The notes below the pieces were generated by a model, which saw only the letters and a list, made by a program, of their open reading frames with translations, was not told the origin of the DNA and ran no database searches. The position numbers and the translations under genes are program-made. 64,000 bases of DNA from Rhizophagus irregularis (Eukaryota): positions 4,526,001 through 4,590,000 of the forward strand of contig NC_089431.1 of the NCBI RefSeq assembly GCF_026210795.1, given 5' to 3'. Shown here in pieces: positions 50,555 to 62,553 of this stretch (the first letter of the stretch is position 1; every line of letters starts with the position of its first letter).

Positions 50555-51999
50555 TTAGTTTGTCAAGAAGTTGTGTATAAAATATTAAATTTTAGTACCA
50601 CTATAAACTTCAAAGAAACTATTCTATATTGGGACATAAATATTTATATCACCTTATTATAAATAAAGATTTAAACATATCGATATAGTAATAAAACTTG
50701 TGAAACAGTAATCACGGGATCTTAAATAGTAAACGATTTATGGATAATGAAGTTGTCAGATACTTAGTTATGATAATATATACACAAATTTAAAAAGCAT
50801 AAACAAATAAAAATTTCCAAAGAAAAGACAACTTTGTAGTGTTGTAATTTTCTTAATTTATACGATGAAAATAATTTGCATTTTTTTAACTTTTTTTATA
50901 TTAACCTGCTATCTGAAAACAGGTTTAACATTATATATATATATTGTTCTTAAAGCATGAACCATTAAAACATCATCTACCAAAGTAAAAGATCGGATTT
51001 TATTTTTGAATTAATAAATAAAAATGGATCGGCATGACGCAAAATGTTGCAAAATAACTTTAAATGAAATTTCTATCTAATATTTCATCTGTAGTTATTG
51101 CAAAAAATATTTTTATTATAATCATAACGCTTGTTTTTAACTTGTTTTATAAATTATAATAACATGTCACTATTTATGAATGAAATTATCCTTCATATAA
51201 AGGTGACCTGAATCATTTTCTCATATTTGAGTGTGTCGACTGTGTCGTCAACAATGAATTTTATAATCTTGTGACCGTATTGATGATAATTTTTAATTTC
51301 GTTAATTTTGTTGGTTTAATTATCACTAAATATATTTATTAATATTTATTATTTAGATATTAATAGAAAATACGTTGTGAACGATGAACGAATGATGGAA
51401 ATTATAGCCTGTTATCAATTCATATATTAATAGTTATCAATGATTTTCACGGCGCAACCTTGAAATAACTATTACTATTATGATCATAAAACTATTAATA
51501 TACCTTTTTAACTAACAATAGACTTTTATTCCAATAATAATAGACTTTTTATAATAATAATAATTTTTTTTTATCCATCCTCGTGAGAATTTCAAGAAAA
51601 AAAAATTTTTAAATTATTATATTGTCATCTAACCGATATTATTATAATAAAATAATAAAAAACCTATTTTTTTTAAGTTATTTCTGTAAGATTATTTTAT
51701 GGCCGTGCCGTTGAATTATCCAGTAAAAACAAAATCTATTTTAAGAGAGAATATTTTTTATAAATTTATCATCTGATATAATCTTCAACTGAGGATAGTG
51801 AAGTATTTATAAATATAGTTCGTGATTAATAAATTTGATTTAAAAAAATTATTAAAATCAAACTGCGCCCAATAATTGATAACCGATTCCGATTAATTAT
51901 CCGTTATGTGCTACAAAAGATCTGCAATATAAGAAAACTGAACCCATTTCACGAATTAAGGATTGGCAAAATTCTTTCTTTATTTTAACATTGACAATA

Positions 52000-53637
52000 A
52001 TGGCAACGAATAAATTTTTAACAAAATTATCACAAAATTTACTCGATATTTTGGATGATGATGAATATTATGACATTACAATTGAAGTTGGTAATGACCC
52101 TGACGTAAAAATTTTTCGTGCTCATATGGTTATTTTAAATTATCGTTCTCCTTATTTGAGAAGAATTTTATCAACTAATAAAAAGAAAAATGATGGAACT
52201 TTAACGCATATTAAATTACCGAATATTTTACCTGAAATTTTTCAAATAATTTTAAGGTAAGAAATAACAAACTAAATTATTATATAAAAGTCATTATTTT
52301 TGTAAAAAAAAAAAATTTTTTTAGTTAACGTATTATTATTACATTCTAGATATATTTATGGCGGAAGAATTTCTCTAGTAATATATAATATTTTAGATAT
52401 TGTTAAAATCTTGGTTGCCGCTAATGAACTAAGTCTTCAAGAATTAATTCCTCATATTCAATCGTTTTTGATTGAAAACAAAGAAAATTGGATAGAACAA
52501 AATTTTAACCTAATATACCAGACGAGCTTTGAAAATAATAATTTCTTGGATCTCCAAAAGTTTTGCACAGAGTTAATATCTAAACATCCAGAAAAAATTT
52601 TCAATTCGTCTGATTTTGCTTCGACTCCAGAAAAAGCTTTAATTTCTCTTATTCAACATGATAATCATCAAATGACTGAAGTTCAAGTTTGGGAGCATGT
52701 ACTTAAATGGGGTTTTGCTCAAAATCCTGGGCTTTCTTCGGATCCTTCATATTATTCAAATGACGATTTTAATGCTTTAAAAAATACTTTGCAACAATGT
52801 ATTCCTTTTATGAAATTCTTTGATTTAACCCCAAGAGAATTCTTGAAAAATGTGTTTCCTTATAGGAAAATCCTACCCAATGAGTTATATGTAGAATTAT
52901 TAAAACTATTTTTGGATAACGATTATAGGCCATCAACGAAAAAAATAGTCGATTCCAAAAATCAACATCCAACTAAAAAAATAGTCGATTCCAAAATAAT
53001 TAAAAATCAATATCCATACAAAAAGATTAAATACTTTGACAATCCAAATAATAAGTCAGAACCGCAATTAGCTAAAAGTTCTAAAAACATAGATTCAATA
53101 ATTATTACAATTCAACATGCTGAATTAATCTCAAAATGGATTGATAGATTAGAGAACACAGATGAGTTGAAAAATTCATATAAATTCAAGTTAATTCTTC
53201 GTGGATCTCGGGATGGATTCACAGCTGAACGATTTCATGAAATATGTGATGATCAATCTAATACTGTAACGATTATTAAAGTGAAAGACACTAATGAAAT
53301 TCTTGGAGGATATAATCCGATTAAATGGAAATCTGATAATGGATATGGAATTACTGATGATAGTTTTATATTCTCTTTTGATAAAACAAGAGTAGAAAGT
53401 TACATTTTGAGTCGAGTAAAGAATGAAAATTATGCTATAAATTATTGGCACCATTACGGACCATCATTTGGTGGTGGAGATCTTATAATTTATGAAGGTC
53501 GTGAAGGTGAAGTTTCTTTTAGCAATAAAACTAGTTACTGTTACTATGAAGATTCTTATGAAAAACAAATCAGAAAGACAAAAGAATATTTTTCTGTAGA
53601 AGAATATGAAGTATTTCAAATTATAAATAATAATTGA
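52000..53637 (+). CDS. BTB/POZ-BACK-TLDc protein, copy 6; exons 52000-52256 and 52350-53637
   Basis: Same structure; linker expanded by a TKKIVDSK duplication. Confidence 0.9.
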
Positions 53638-54013
53638 TAAAATGGATTGAAAAAAAAAATAAATAATACTATAGTGTGACATAAATATAATAAATTATTA
53701 TTTGGCGTATTAATTCTCATTTGAAGATAAATACTTGTAAGTATTAGTTATTCCAAATTTGTTAAATTAATTGTTTACGTAATTTGAAAATAAACAAACG
53801 TATATAGAAAATTATAAAGGTCAAGTTGTAGCGATTAAATTGAGTAGAGCATTAATAAAATATTGATAATAATGTAATATAAATTCATAATTTTCATGTA
53901 ATATTTTTGGTATAATTTCTATCAATAAAATGGAATACTAGGTGAAATATAATGTCAGTAAAATGTCCTATCAGACAAAAAATCAGCAACCGTTAACCGA
54001 ATTACAATACCGG

Positions 54014-54629
54014 TGTAACACCTGAGCCCATAGAGAATTATGTTTGCCACCTCAGGTATTAACAAAATTACTCTTTATTAATAATATAAATAAATACAAT
54101 AATATGCTTGGTTTAATAACATTAAATAACAAAATAAATAATTCATAACAAAATTCGTCTAATTTTCTCTCTCTGTCCTTTCCAAAAGGTGATCTTCACG
54201 CCCTTTTATGTTTGTTTTTGTGTAACTAAATTCATAATTTCGATTCATGGATTTAAATTATTAAAGCATTTCCATTGTTTTAAAGTATTTCCATTATCTT
54301 AATTTTGTATCCATTTGATCATCATAAACACCTGAATTATGATTTATAATATTAACGTAGTGATCAACAAATTAATCACTTGACACCTCAGATCACTTGA
54401 TTTCATTCAATTTAGTATCTTTCGGATCCTCATTTATCCTTAAATCTCGTGACTAATAGTTTAAGGTCATCACGGACCAATTATCCTTGATTCTCATGAC
54501 TAATAGTTTAACGACTTTTCGGTCCAATTAAAATAAAAATAAAAATAAGTTAAAATTTTATACACTAAGACTAAATGTAATACTGCGCCTCACAATTAAT
54601 AAATTTACTAGATATACTACGGCATTACA
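54014..54629 (-). repeat. 3' LTR of copy 2 (616 bp)
   Basis: Homologous to the copy 1 LTRs with one 19-bp repeat unit missing, a short insertion and substitutions. Confidence 0.93.
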
Positions 54630-54668
54630 ACTATCCCCCGCATAAAAATTTAATGCCCACATTAAATT

Positions 54669-54734
54669 TATTCTAAGAATCGAACTCGTGTCTCGAAGTG
54701 GTAGGTGCGAATTATACCACTAAATCAAACATGC
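54669..54734 (-). ncRNA. Degenerate tRNA-Gly-like sequence, copy 2
   Basis: Identical to 24271-24336. Confidence 0.7.
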
Positions 54735-54966
54735 ATTGTCACTTGACTCAGCTGCGTTTTAAATATTCCTTTTTGCTGCGTCTACATCTGCGGTTTATCA
54801 TGTGTTTGTTAAGTCTACGGTTTTCCTGTACCGGATTTCACTTCGGTCTTTCTTAGGAAATTTTCATTAGTTTTTCCTATTTTCGAAAATTATTTTTATG
54901 TCATGTGATTTTATTTCACATGATTATAAATTATCTTTATTTTTCTAAGTCCATTGATGATAGTTA

Positions 54967-56748
54967 TCATTTACTCATCGGTGTATGGTAAGTCTTTAAT
55001 AATTCTCCATTTACAGGTATCTTCTTGATGACACCTTTAATATTTTTAATTCTATAAGCTCCATTCGGTAGTATTTCATGAATGTAAAATGGTCCCAACC
55101 ATTTTGATTCCAATTTTCCAGATAATTGTTGTGCTTTGGCTTTATCATAAAGTAGTATTTTATCTCCAATTCCAAAGGTATGTTCTTTAATTATTTTTCT
55201 GTCATGATACTCTTTTTGTTTTATTTGAGATTTTAATATTTGTTCTTTGGCTCCATATCGGATTTTTGGTAATTCTTCTAATAATCCAACTATTCTGTCA
55301 CTTAGGTTGATTCCTTTGATATCTTCATCCATTATTGTCCGTACGTTTCTTCCATATGTTAGATAAAATGGTCGAATTTTTGTTGAACTGTGCTTTCTAT
55401 TTCTGTAGGCGAATAATATGGGTGCTATCTTTTGATCCCAATCATCCTTAGTTGATAATTTTGCTAATGCTTGACCTAATGTTCGATTGAATCTTTCAAC
55501 CAATCCATTTGTCTCCGGATGATAACTTGTAGAAAAATTCCATTTAATTTTGAATTTTTCCATTAATTCTTTAATCATTTCATTATTAAAATGACTTCCT
55601 CTATCACTCAATATTTTCATTGGGCATCCATGTCTACAAATGATGTCTTCATAAATAAATTTTGATACCTCTTTAGCAGTTGCTTCTTTTACCGCTTTGG
55701 CTTCTGGCCATTTTGTAAAATAATCCATTGCTACTATGATGTATTTATTACCATTTGCTGTCATGTTCAATGGTCCAACAAAGTCAATCCCGATTTGATA
55801 CCATGGTTCTACTACTTTAATTGGGTGTAATTCATTTTTCCCTTGTGGTTTTCCTCTTCTTTGACATTCATCACATGTCCTTACATATCTTTCAACATCA
55901 TTCAGCATATTTTCCCAATAATATTTATCTTTTAAATTATCATAAGTACTTTTGATTCCCATATGTGCCGATAATTCATGACTGTGAGCTAAATATAGTG
56001 CTCCCATCTTTTCAAAGTCTTCTATTATTCTGATGTTTTTACCATTTTTCACAATATGCTTTTTACCATCAGTTACTCTGATGTTATCCTTAATCTCAAC
56101 ATTTTTAACCTCTATTGGTGGTTTATCTCCATCTAATTCTATTATTTTATTATATACTCTTTCCCAATCTGTGTCATTATTTGATATTTTAATATTAGCA
56201 TATTTTTCTCCTTCGTAAATATCTTGACATTCTTTAAATGATTTCACCATCTCCATATATCTTTCTTCATTTAACAATGGGTATGATGTTTTATGTCTTT
56301 GATCCTTTTTCGAATATTCTCTACCTTTGTAATTTTCCCAACATTTTTCATTTTCTAAAAATATCACTATTGATTCATCAATTATCCTTTTATTTCTAAA
56401 TATTTCCTTTTCCAGTAAGTGGTTCTCATATCTTGATATGTATCCTCTATCAAATGATGGTGTCTGTTGATAAAAGTACTCACTATAAGGACTTTTATCC
56501 AATATTAACCAATCCTCATTATCATGTTCTTCCATTCTCCTGTTGATTTGTTCAACAACTTCCTTCCTGAATTCCCATTCTATACCTTTCTTTGGTATTT
56601 TATACTTATCATTGTCCTCTCTTCTCCTTTTAAAGGTGTTAAACCTCACACTTTGTCCTACTTTTTCAAATTCTTTTATAAGTTTATTTACGATGAATGT
56701 TTTTCCAGTACCATCAACTCCACATATGATTATTATTTTAGGTCCCAT
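54967..56748 (-). CDS. Thymidylate/dNMP-kinase-like P-loop domain fused to Ty3 integrase (593 aa)
   Basis: IIIICGVDGTGKT P-loop, LILDKSPYSEYFYQ (DR-motif equivalent) and IVIFL; then HHCC, GIDFVGP / LSDRGSHF / GLVERFN and GPF. Confidence 0.88.
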   Translation of the reverse strand: MGPKIIIICGVDGTGKTFIVNKLIKEFEKVGQSVRFNTFKRRREDNDKYKIPKKGIEWEFRKEVVEQINRRMEEHDNEDWLILDKSPYSEYFYQQTPSFDRGYISRYENHLLEKEIFRNKRIIDESIVIFLENEKCWENYKGREYSKKDQRHKTSYPLLNEERYMEMVKSFKECQDIYEGEKYANIKISNNDTDWERVYNKIIELDGDKPPIEVKNVEIKDNIRVTDGKKHIVKNGKNIRIIEDFEKMGALYLAHSHELSAHMGIKSTYDNLKDKYYWENMLNDVERYVRTCDECQRRGKPQGKNELHPIKVVEPWYQIGIDFVGPLNMTANGNKYIIVAMDYFTKWPEAKAVKEATAKEVSKFIYEDIICRHGCPMKILSDRGSHFNNEMIKELMEKFKIKWNFSTSYHPETNGLVERFNRTLGQALAKLSTKDDWDQKIAPILFAYRNRKHSSTKIRPFYLTYGRNVRTIMDEDIKGINLSDRIVGLLEELPKIRYGAKEQILKSQIKQKEYHDRKIIKEHTFGIGDKILLYDKAKAQQLSGKLESKWLGPFYIHEILPNGAYRIKNIKGVIKKIPVNGELLKTYHTPMSK

Positions 56749-56783
56749 TTTATTTTTGAAAAGTAACTCTTTTACCCATCTAT

Positions 56784-58265
56784 TTATATTATTCTTGATA
56801 AGGCATCTGCATTTTTATTTTCTTTTCCTGGTCTATGGGTTATTTCAAAATCATACTGTTCCAATTCCATGACCCATCTTGATCTCTTTCCTTTTGGTAC
56901 TTTTGCAGTCATTAATCCCTTCAAAGCTGCATGGTCTGTTACTACCTCAAATTTTCTATTGATCAAGTATTTATGGAAATGTTGTATTCCCCATACAATT
57001 GCATAACATTCTTGTTCGGTTATTGGCCATCTTTGTTCTGTCCTGTTTAAACTTTTACTGGCATATTCTATTACATATTCTTGACCTTTATCATCTTTTT
57101 GAGCTAACACTGCCCCTAATCCTATTCCTGAAGCATCTGTAATTAATATAAATTTCCTTAACCAATCTGGTTGTCTTAACACCGGTTCTTCGGTTAATTT
57201 CCTTTTTAATATTTCTAATGCTTCATGTTGTTTGATGCCCCATTCAAACTTTTCATCTTTTCTCAATAAAGATGTTATTGGTTTTACTATTTTTGAAAAA
57301 TCTTTAATAAATTTTCTATAATACGTACATAACCCTAATATTGACCTTACACCTTTTATATTTATAGGTGCTGTTAATTTTTGTATCTTTTCAACCTTTC
57401 CTGGACTTGGTTTTAATCCATTTTTACCAACTACATGTCCTAAAAATTCTATTTCTGTTTTTCCAAATATACATTTCTTTAATTTTAGTATTAAACTGGC
57501 TTCCTTTAATTTTTCTAACACTAACTTTATGTGTTTTAGGTGGTCTTCAAAATTTTCCGAATATATCATTATATCATCAATGTATACTATCACAAATTCA
57601 TTTAGGTACTCCTTTAATACTTTATCCATTAACCTTTGAAAACTTGCAGGCGCATTTGTTAACCCAAATGGCATGACATTATATTCATATAATCCTGCTG
57701 AGCATATGAATGCTGTTTTCTCAATATCTTCCTCAGCCATTTCTATCTGATTAAACCCTGATGCTAAATCTAGACTGGTAAACCATTTTCCTGAACTTAT
57801 CCTTTCTAATTGTTCATCAATCCTCGGTAATGGATATGCATCTGTTATTGTAACTTTATTTAATTTTCTATAGTCGATGCAAAATCTATAATTTCCTGAC
57901 TTTTTCCCTGCTAGAGTCACTGGTGAAGACCATGGACTTCTAGATTCTCTAATTTTTCCCATTTTTAACATCTCGTCAACCTCTTTTCTGATGAATTTAC
58001 CTTTTTCATCATTTTCTTTGTACCTCTTTTGGGCTATTGGTTCAGTACCCACTTTTAATCTGATTTCATGTTTTACTAGGTTTGTCCTATTATATTTTTC
58101 ACCATCGTACTCAAATATATCCTTATATTTTTCTACTAATACCTTTAATTTACCTTTTTGTTCATTGGTTATGTCCCCTACTTTAAATTTTTCAGTAAAT
58201 TTTTCATGGTCACTTTTGTGCTTCTTTATCGTCTCTTCAGTATCATTCTGACCAAGACTTATACT
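56784..58265 (-). CDS. Reverse transcriptase - RNase H (frame open from about 58265; no ATG at the frame start)
   Basis: SPWSSP, FCIDYRKLN, LDLASGF, MPFGL, VYIDDI; RNase H TDASG, EQECYA, VTDHAAL, NADALSR. Confidence 0.93.
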   Translation of the reverse strand, partial: SISLGQNDTEETIKKHKSDHEKFTEKFKVGDITNEQKGKLKVLVEKYKDIFEYDGEKYNRTNLVKHEIRLKVGTEPIAQKRYKENDEKGKFIRKEVDEMLKMGKIRESRSPWSSPVTLAGKKSGNYRFCIDYRKLNKVTITDAYPLPRIDEQLERISSGKWFTSLDLASGFNQIEMAEEDIEKTAFICSAGLYEYNVMPFGLTNAPASFQRLMDKVLKEYLNEFVIVYIDDIMIYSENFEDHLKHIKLVLEKLKEASLILKLKKCIFGKTEIEFLGHVVGKNGLKPSPGKVEKIQKLTAPINIKGVRSILGLCTYYRKFIKDFSKIVKPITSLLRKDEKFEWGIKQHEALEILKRKLTEEPVLRQPDWLRKFILITDASGIGLGAVLAQKDDKGQEYVIEYASKSLNRTEQRWPITEQECYAIVWGIQHFHKYLINRKFEVVTDHAALKGLMTAKVPKGKRSRWVMELEQYDFEITHRPGKENKNADALSRII

Positions 58266-58798
58266 TTAAAATTTTCATCTTCCTGACCTTCATGGTCATC
58301 TTCATATATGTTATACAATTCATCCTGGTATAATTCTTCTAATATTTCCTCTTCATCAAATGTTTCTTCAAACCCTTTAATGGTCCTTTGTGTGTATTTT
58401 ACTGGTATATCCATAGTTTCATCATTCATTCTAATTATTATTGTTTTATCTGTGTAATCTATATTTGCTTTGAACATATCTAATACTCCATTTCCTAACA
58501 CAATTTCGTTTTTTCCTGAATCAATTACTTCAACCTTAATGGGTATTTCCTTATCCCCAAATTGTATGTATATTGTCGTGGTACCCCTAGATGCTAATTT
58601 ATCCTCATTTATCATCACACATCTTACTGTACTTGGTTCCTCAATTTTTAGGTCCATTTCATCCATTATCTGACTAGTTATTACATTTACTGCTGCTCCT
58701 GTATCAAACATTACGTCCTTTAATTCTTGGTTTATTATTAATTTACCCCTTAATGCAGTTAAGTGTTCTGCCTCAATGTTGTTCATTGATTCTTGTAG
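58259..58798 (-). CDS. Retropepsin aspartyl protease of copy 2
   Basis: FDTGA motif; in frame with gag across TGA. Confidence 0.88.
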   Translation of the reverse strand, partial: LQESMNNIEAEHLTALRGKLIINQELKDVMFDTGAAVNVITSQIMDEMDLKIEEPSTVRCVMINEDKLASRGTTTIYIQFGDKEIPIKVEVIDSGKNEIVLGNGVLDMFKANIDYTDKTIIIRMNDETMDIPVKYTQRTIKGFEETFDEEEILEELYQDELYNIYEDDHEGQEDENFKV

Positions 58799-61700
58799 TC
58801 AATCCGTTTGTGGATACCTTCTCATACCATCATAATATATTTTTCTTTGTTCTGGGCTCATATCTATAATTTGTGAAAAAGTTGCATTTGCTCTGGTACT
58901 TTTCATATCCTCTAATACGTTATATTTTGGTATATTTCTTTGAAATGCGCTTGTCCTATGAATACCTTCAACACGTTCATTTTTACATTGTTTTGCATAG
59001 TGACCTCTTCGTCCACAATTTCCACATGTATTATTATTTCTCCTTGCTTCTTGTGCTTTCCTCAGACTTTCATCAGTGAATCCTCTTTTTGGTAATGCTG
59101 CTGCCTTTTCCTCTTGGCTTGCATATTTATCATTCCTTCTTCGTGTTTGTTCTTGGTCAATCTCCATATCTATATCTCGATTACTTGACCTATTTTTTAT
59201 GTTACTTCTCGTTTGTCTTTCACCAGTATAAAAATCTTGATCAACATGGTTAAATGTTACATCATTATCTTGGTAATACGGGTCATCATAACTATATCCT
59301 TGGTCATAATTATCCTGATAATCCTGACTATCATAATCATATTGGTCATATTGGTCATTATAATTATCATATTCCACTACATTGAATCCTCGATTATTGT
59401 TTTGGTGGTTTGGTGGTCTGTTATAGTTATTTGGTCTTCCATTATAGTTATTTGATCTTCTATTATAATTTTGATTATTTGGTCTTCCATAGTTTCTTTG
59501 ACCATTATTTACCCTACATTCATTTGCATAATGTCCTGGTTGTTTACAATTATAACATGCTCGAGGTGGTGGTCCTTGTCTATTATTATTGTTTGGTGGT
59601 CTCTTTTGCCCTCCAAGTTGATTTACTAGTTTTACCTCTAATTTTTTAAACATGTCGGCAAGGTCATCCTCATAATTTTTCTCCAATGGTTTTTCAAATA
59701 TATTCTTTGGCTTGTCATCTTGTATATCGATTCCTTTTCTTTGGGTACTAACTGATATACCATGTGTCTTTCTTATTAATTCATTAGTAGCTTCCTCTTC
59801 TCTTCTTGCTGTATTCACTGCATCATTTAAATTTGCTGGGTTTTGTCTTCTGACTTGATATCCCAATGTTGGTGTTAATCCTTCGATATAATTATCCACT
59901 TGTAATTCATCATCTAATGCATGACCTCTGGTAGCTATCCTTAATATTTGTCTAAACCTTATCGTATATGCCTCAACATTTTCATTTACTCCTTGTGTTA
60001 TTTTCCTTAATTCTAACATTTTCCTTTTTCTAACATCTTCCCTGGTAAATCTTTGTTTAATCCTATGTTTTAAATCATTATCATTATCGTTATCTTGCCA
60101 ATTTACCAAATGACCATTGTTTGCTTCCTTCTTTTCATTATACCATTGTGCTGCTGCACCTTTCAAACAGGTAGCTGCCATTGCTGCTTGTCTAGCTCCA
60201 TTTACTCCTGCTGCTTTTCCTATAGCAGTAAATGCTGTTTCAAATTGTCTTACCCAATCGTTTATGTCTTCTTCTTCCCTTCCATAAAATTGTGGCATAC
60301 TAATTATTCCTCCAGCTACATTTCCTGCATCCTCAATTGCATTTGCTAATGGGTTGGCTGCGACTAATCCAGCCCAATTACCTCCTATATCATGTCCCGT
60401 TGCTGCTAGTAAAGCCGCTCTAAAATCTTCCCTTACTTCAGCTCTTGTTGCTCCCATAATTATTGGTACTATTGGTAGAATTGGTGGTATCGGTGGTGTT
60501 AAAGGTGTTTCAAATAAATTTTCTATATTATAATCAGATATTTCACTTTTATCCTCAGAGTTTGATTCTGAACTTTCACTTGAGTCAAAACCAGGTCTAT
60601 TTATAATGTTTTCTTCATAAGGTTCTTCAAAATTTTCATTGTTATCGGTATCATTTGGATTTAAAATTTCTCCGTCTTTTCCAGATCCATCTGATTCTTT
60701 TTCAGATCCATCAGATTTTTCATTATCAGATTCATTTCCACTGCTTTCACTATCCTCAATTCCAGCTTGTTGTTTTAGAAATTTATCCAATATCCGTTTT
60801 AAATTTTTCTCCAAATCATTTTTATTTCCTTGGAATATTTCAATAAATTCTTGATCCAATATTTCTCCATCAGTATATCCCATACTGATTAATCTTAATA
60901 ACTCTCCATCAGTTATTTCTATTTTATTATCATCACATATTTGTTTTAATCTTTTGACCCTGATATCAATTTCATTTTCATCATTCTCACAATCCCTACA
61001 CTTGGTTTTTCCTTCGTTAAATTTATTGTTCATCCATCTTATTCCACATTCATCACAAAATGTGGTATTTTCATTTATCCATTCATATAATTTTATCCTT
61101 AATTCTTTGTCATTCGTATCAATTTCCTGGAAATATTTTTCCATAAATTCCATTGTTAATATTATACTATTGCTTATCCTGAATTTTCTCATTCTTTCTA
61201 TTTCTGACACATTTAATTCGTATCCTAATTTTTCTAAGTCATCCTTTAATTCTAATAATTCTTTTTGTTCACAATTTTTACATTGTCCAATGTCTGCTAT
61301 CATATCAGGTAACTTTCTATTCCTACAATTTCCACATATTAATGTTTCTTTTGTTAACCATTCATTTATTTCATCTTTTAATTTTTCATCACTTAGTCTC
61401 ATTAATTCGAAAAATGTACCTAAAAAGTCCTCTGTTAATATCAATTCTATCCTTATCCTTAGGTCCCACATTCTTTGTATATCTTTATCAGTAAACCTTC
61501 CACCCATTTCTTCAATTTTTCTTTTTAATAATTTCACTGTCCATTCGACATCATCCTCTATTTTTGCTTCATAATGTATACTACCATCACTGTCCTCTAA
61601 TTCATAACTTTCAGGGCTATCACTTTCTGGGTCCTCGGGTTCCCTTGTAAATTGTTTGGTGTCAATAAATCTTTGTATTGTCTTTTGTTTATATTTACCC

Positions 61701-62387
61701 AACCTCTGGACATATTCCTCAATTGATAACTCAGGTTCTTCGTGTTCAATGCTTTGTATTAGGGCAAACATCTCATATCCTCCTAATTCAGTTATTCTTT
61801 CTTCCATGTATAACAATTTTCTAAATTCTACCATTGCACCTGGTCCTACATGCTTTACTTTCGTATCATTTTCCAATATTGTGTTATACCATTCCCAAAA
61901 TTTTTGAAATCTATTTTCAACGTCCCAATCTTCTAAAATATATCCATGTTCCATTATTTCTGGGCATCCAATTAATCGATCAAATACTTCATTTTCTAAG
62001 TTTCCTTCAATACAATCCCTTACAATTACTACAATTATTATTCTCAATCCTTTTTCCTTCATTTTCGGTTGTTGTCTGTACCTTATTGATTCAATTATTC
62101 TATCTACTATATTCCTACATTTTCCTTTATGTATTGTGTCCTCCCTTTCTCTATTGTCCATACTTAATAAATTCAATAATTCTTTATGTGTTACATTATT
62201 GTACATTAGTATTGTATCCTCAAATTTAAATAAAGCATCCCAAAATTTCTTGAATGCTGCTGATACTTCTCTTTCTATTGGATTACATATTTCACATGCT
62301 AAACATTCCTCTGGTTCTATCACTCCTAGGTCATGTTCTTGTTTTATGGTTTATATATCCAGCGTTCCAAACATGGTACCATTCCAT
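58799..62387 (-). CDS. Gag with about 640-aa N-terminal extension (likely ATG 62387; 1-bp frameshift near 62342)
   Basis: 1174-aa ORF with capsid motifs, two CCHC knuckles and CxxC pairs in the extension; start inferred from copy 1 (MEWYHVW). Confidence 0.88.
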
Positions 62388-62553
62388 TTTTAATAAAATT
62401 CTCTAAAAATTTTCGCGTCTTTTACTTTTTATCCTTCTTTTATATTTTATTTGACCTATACTGGGCTTGCCTTTACCTCATTTGTTCATTACTGAGTATG
62501 GTAGTTTACAGGTTTGTACAAATAAATTTATATTTTTCCTTAAAATTCCCAAC

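Noticed and set aside
25369..62345. 1-bp frameshifts at about 25381, 41060, 41570 and 62342 as programmed recoding
   Set aside because: All are homopolymer length differences present in only one copy; mutation or sequencing error is more likely
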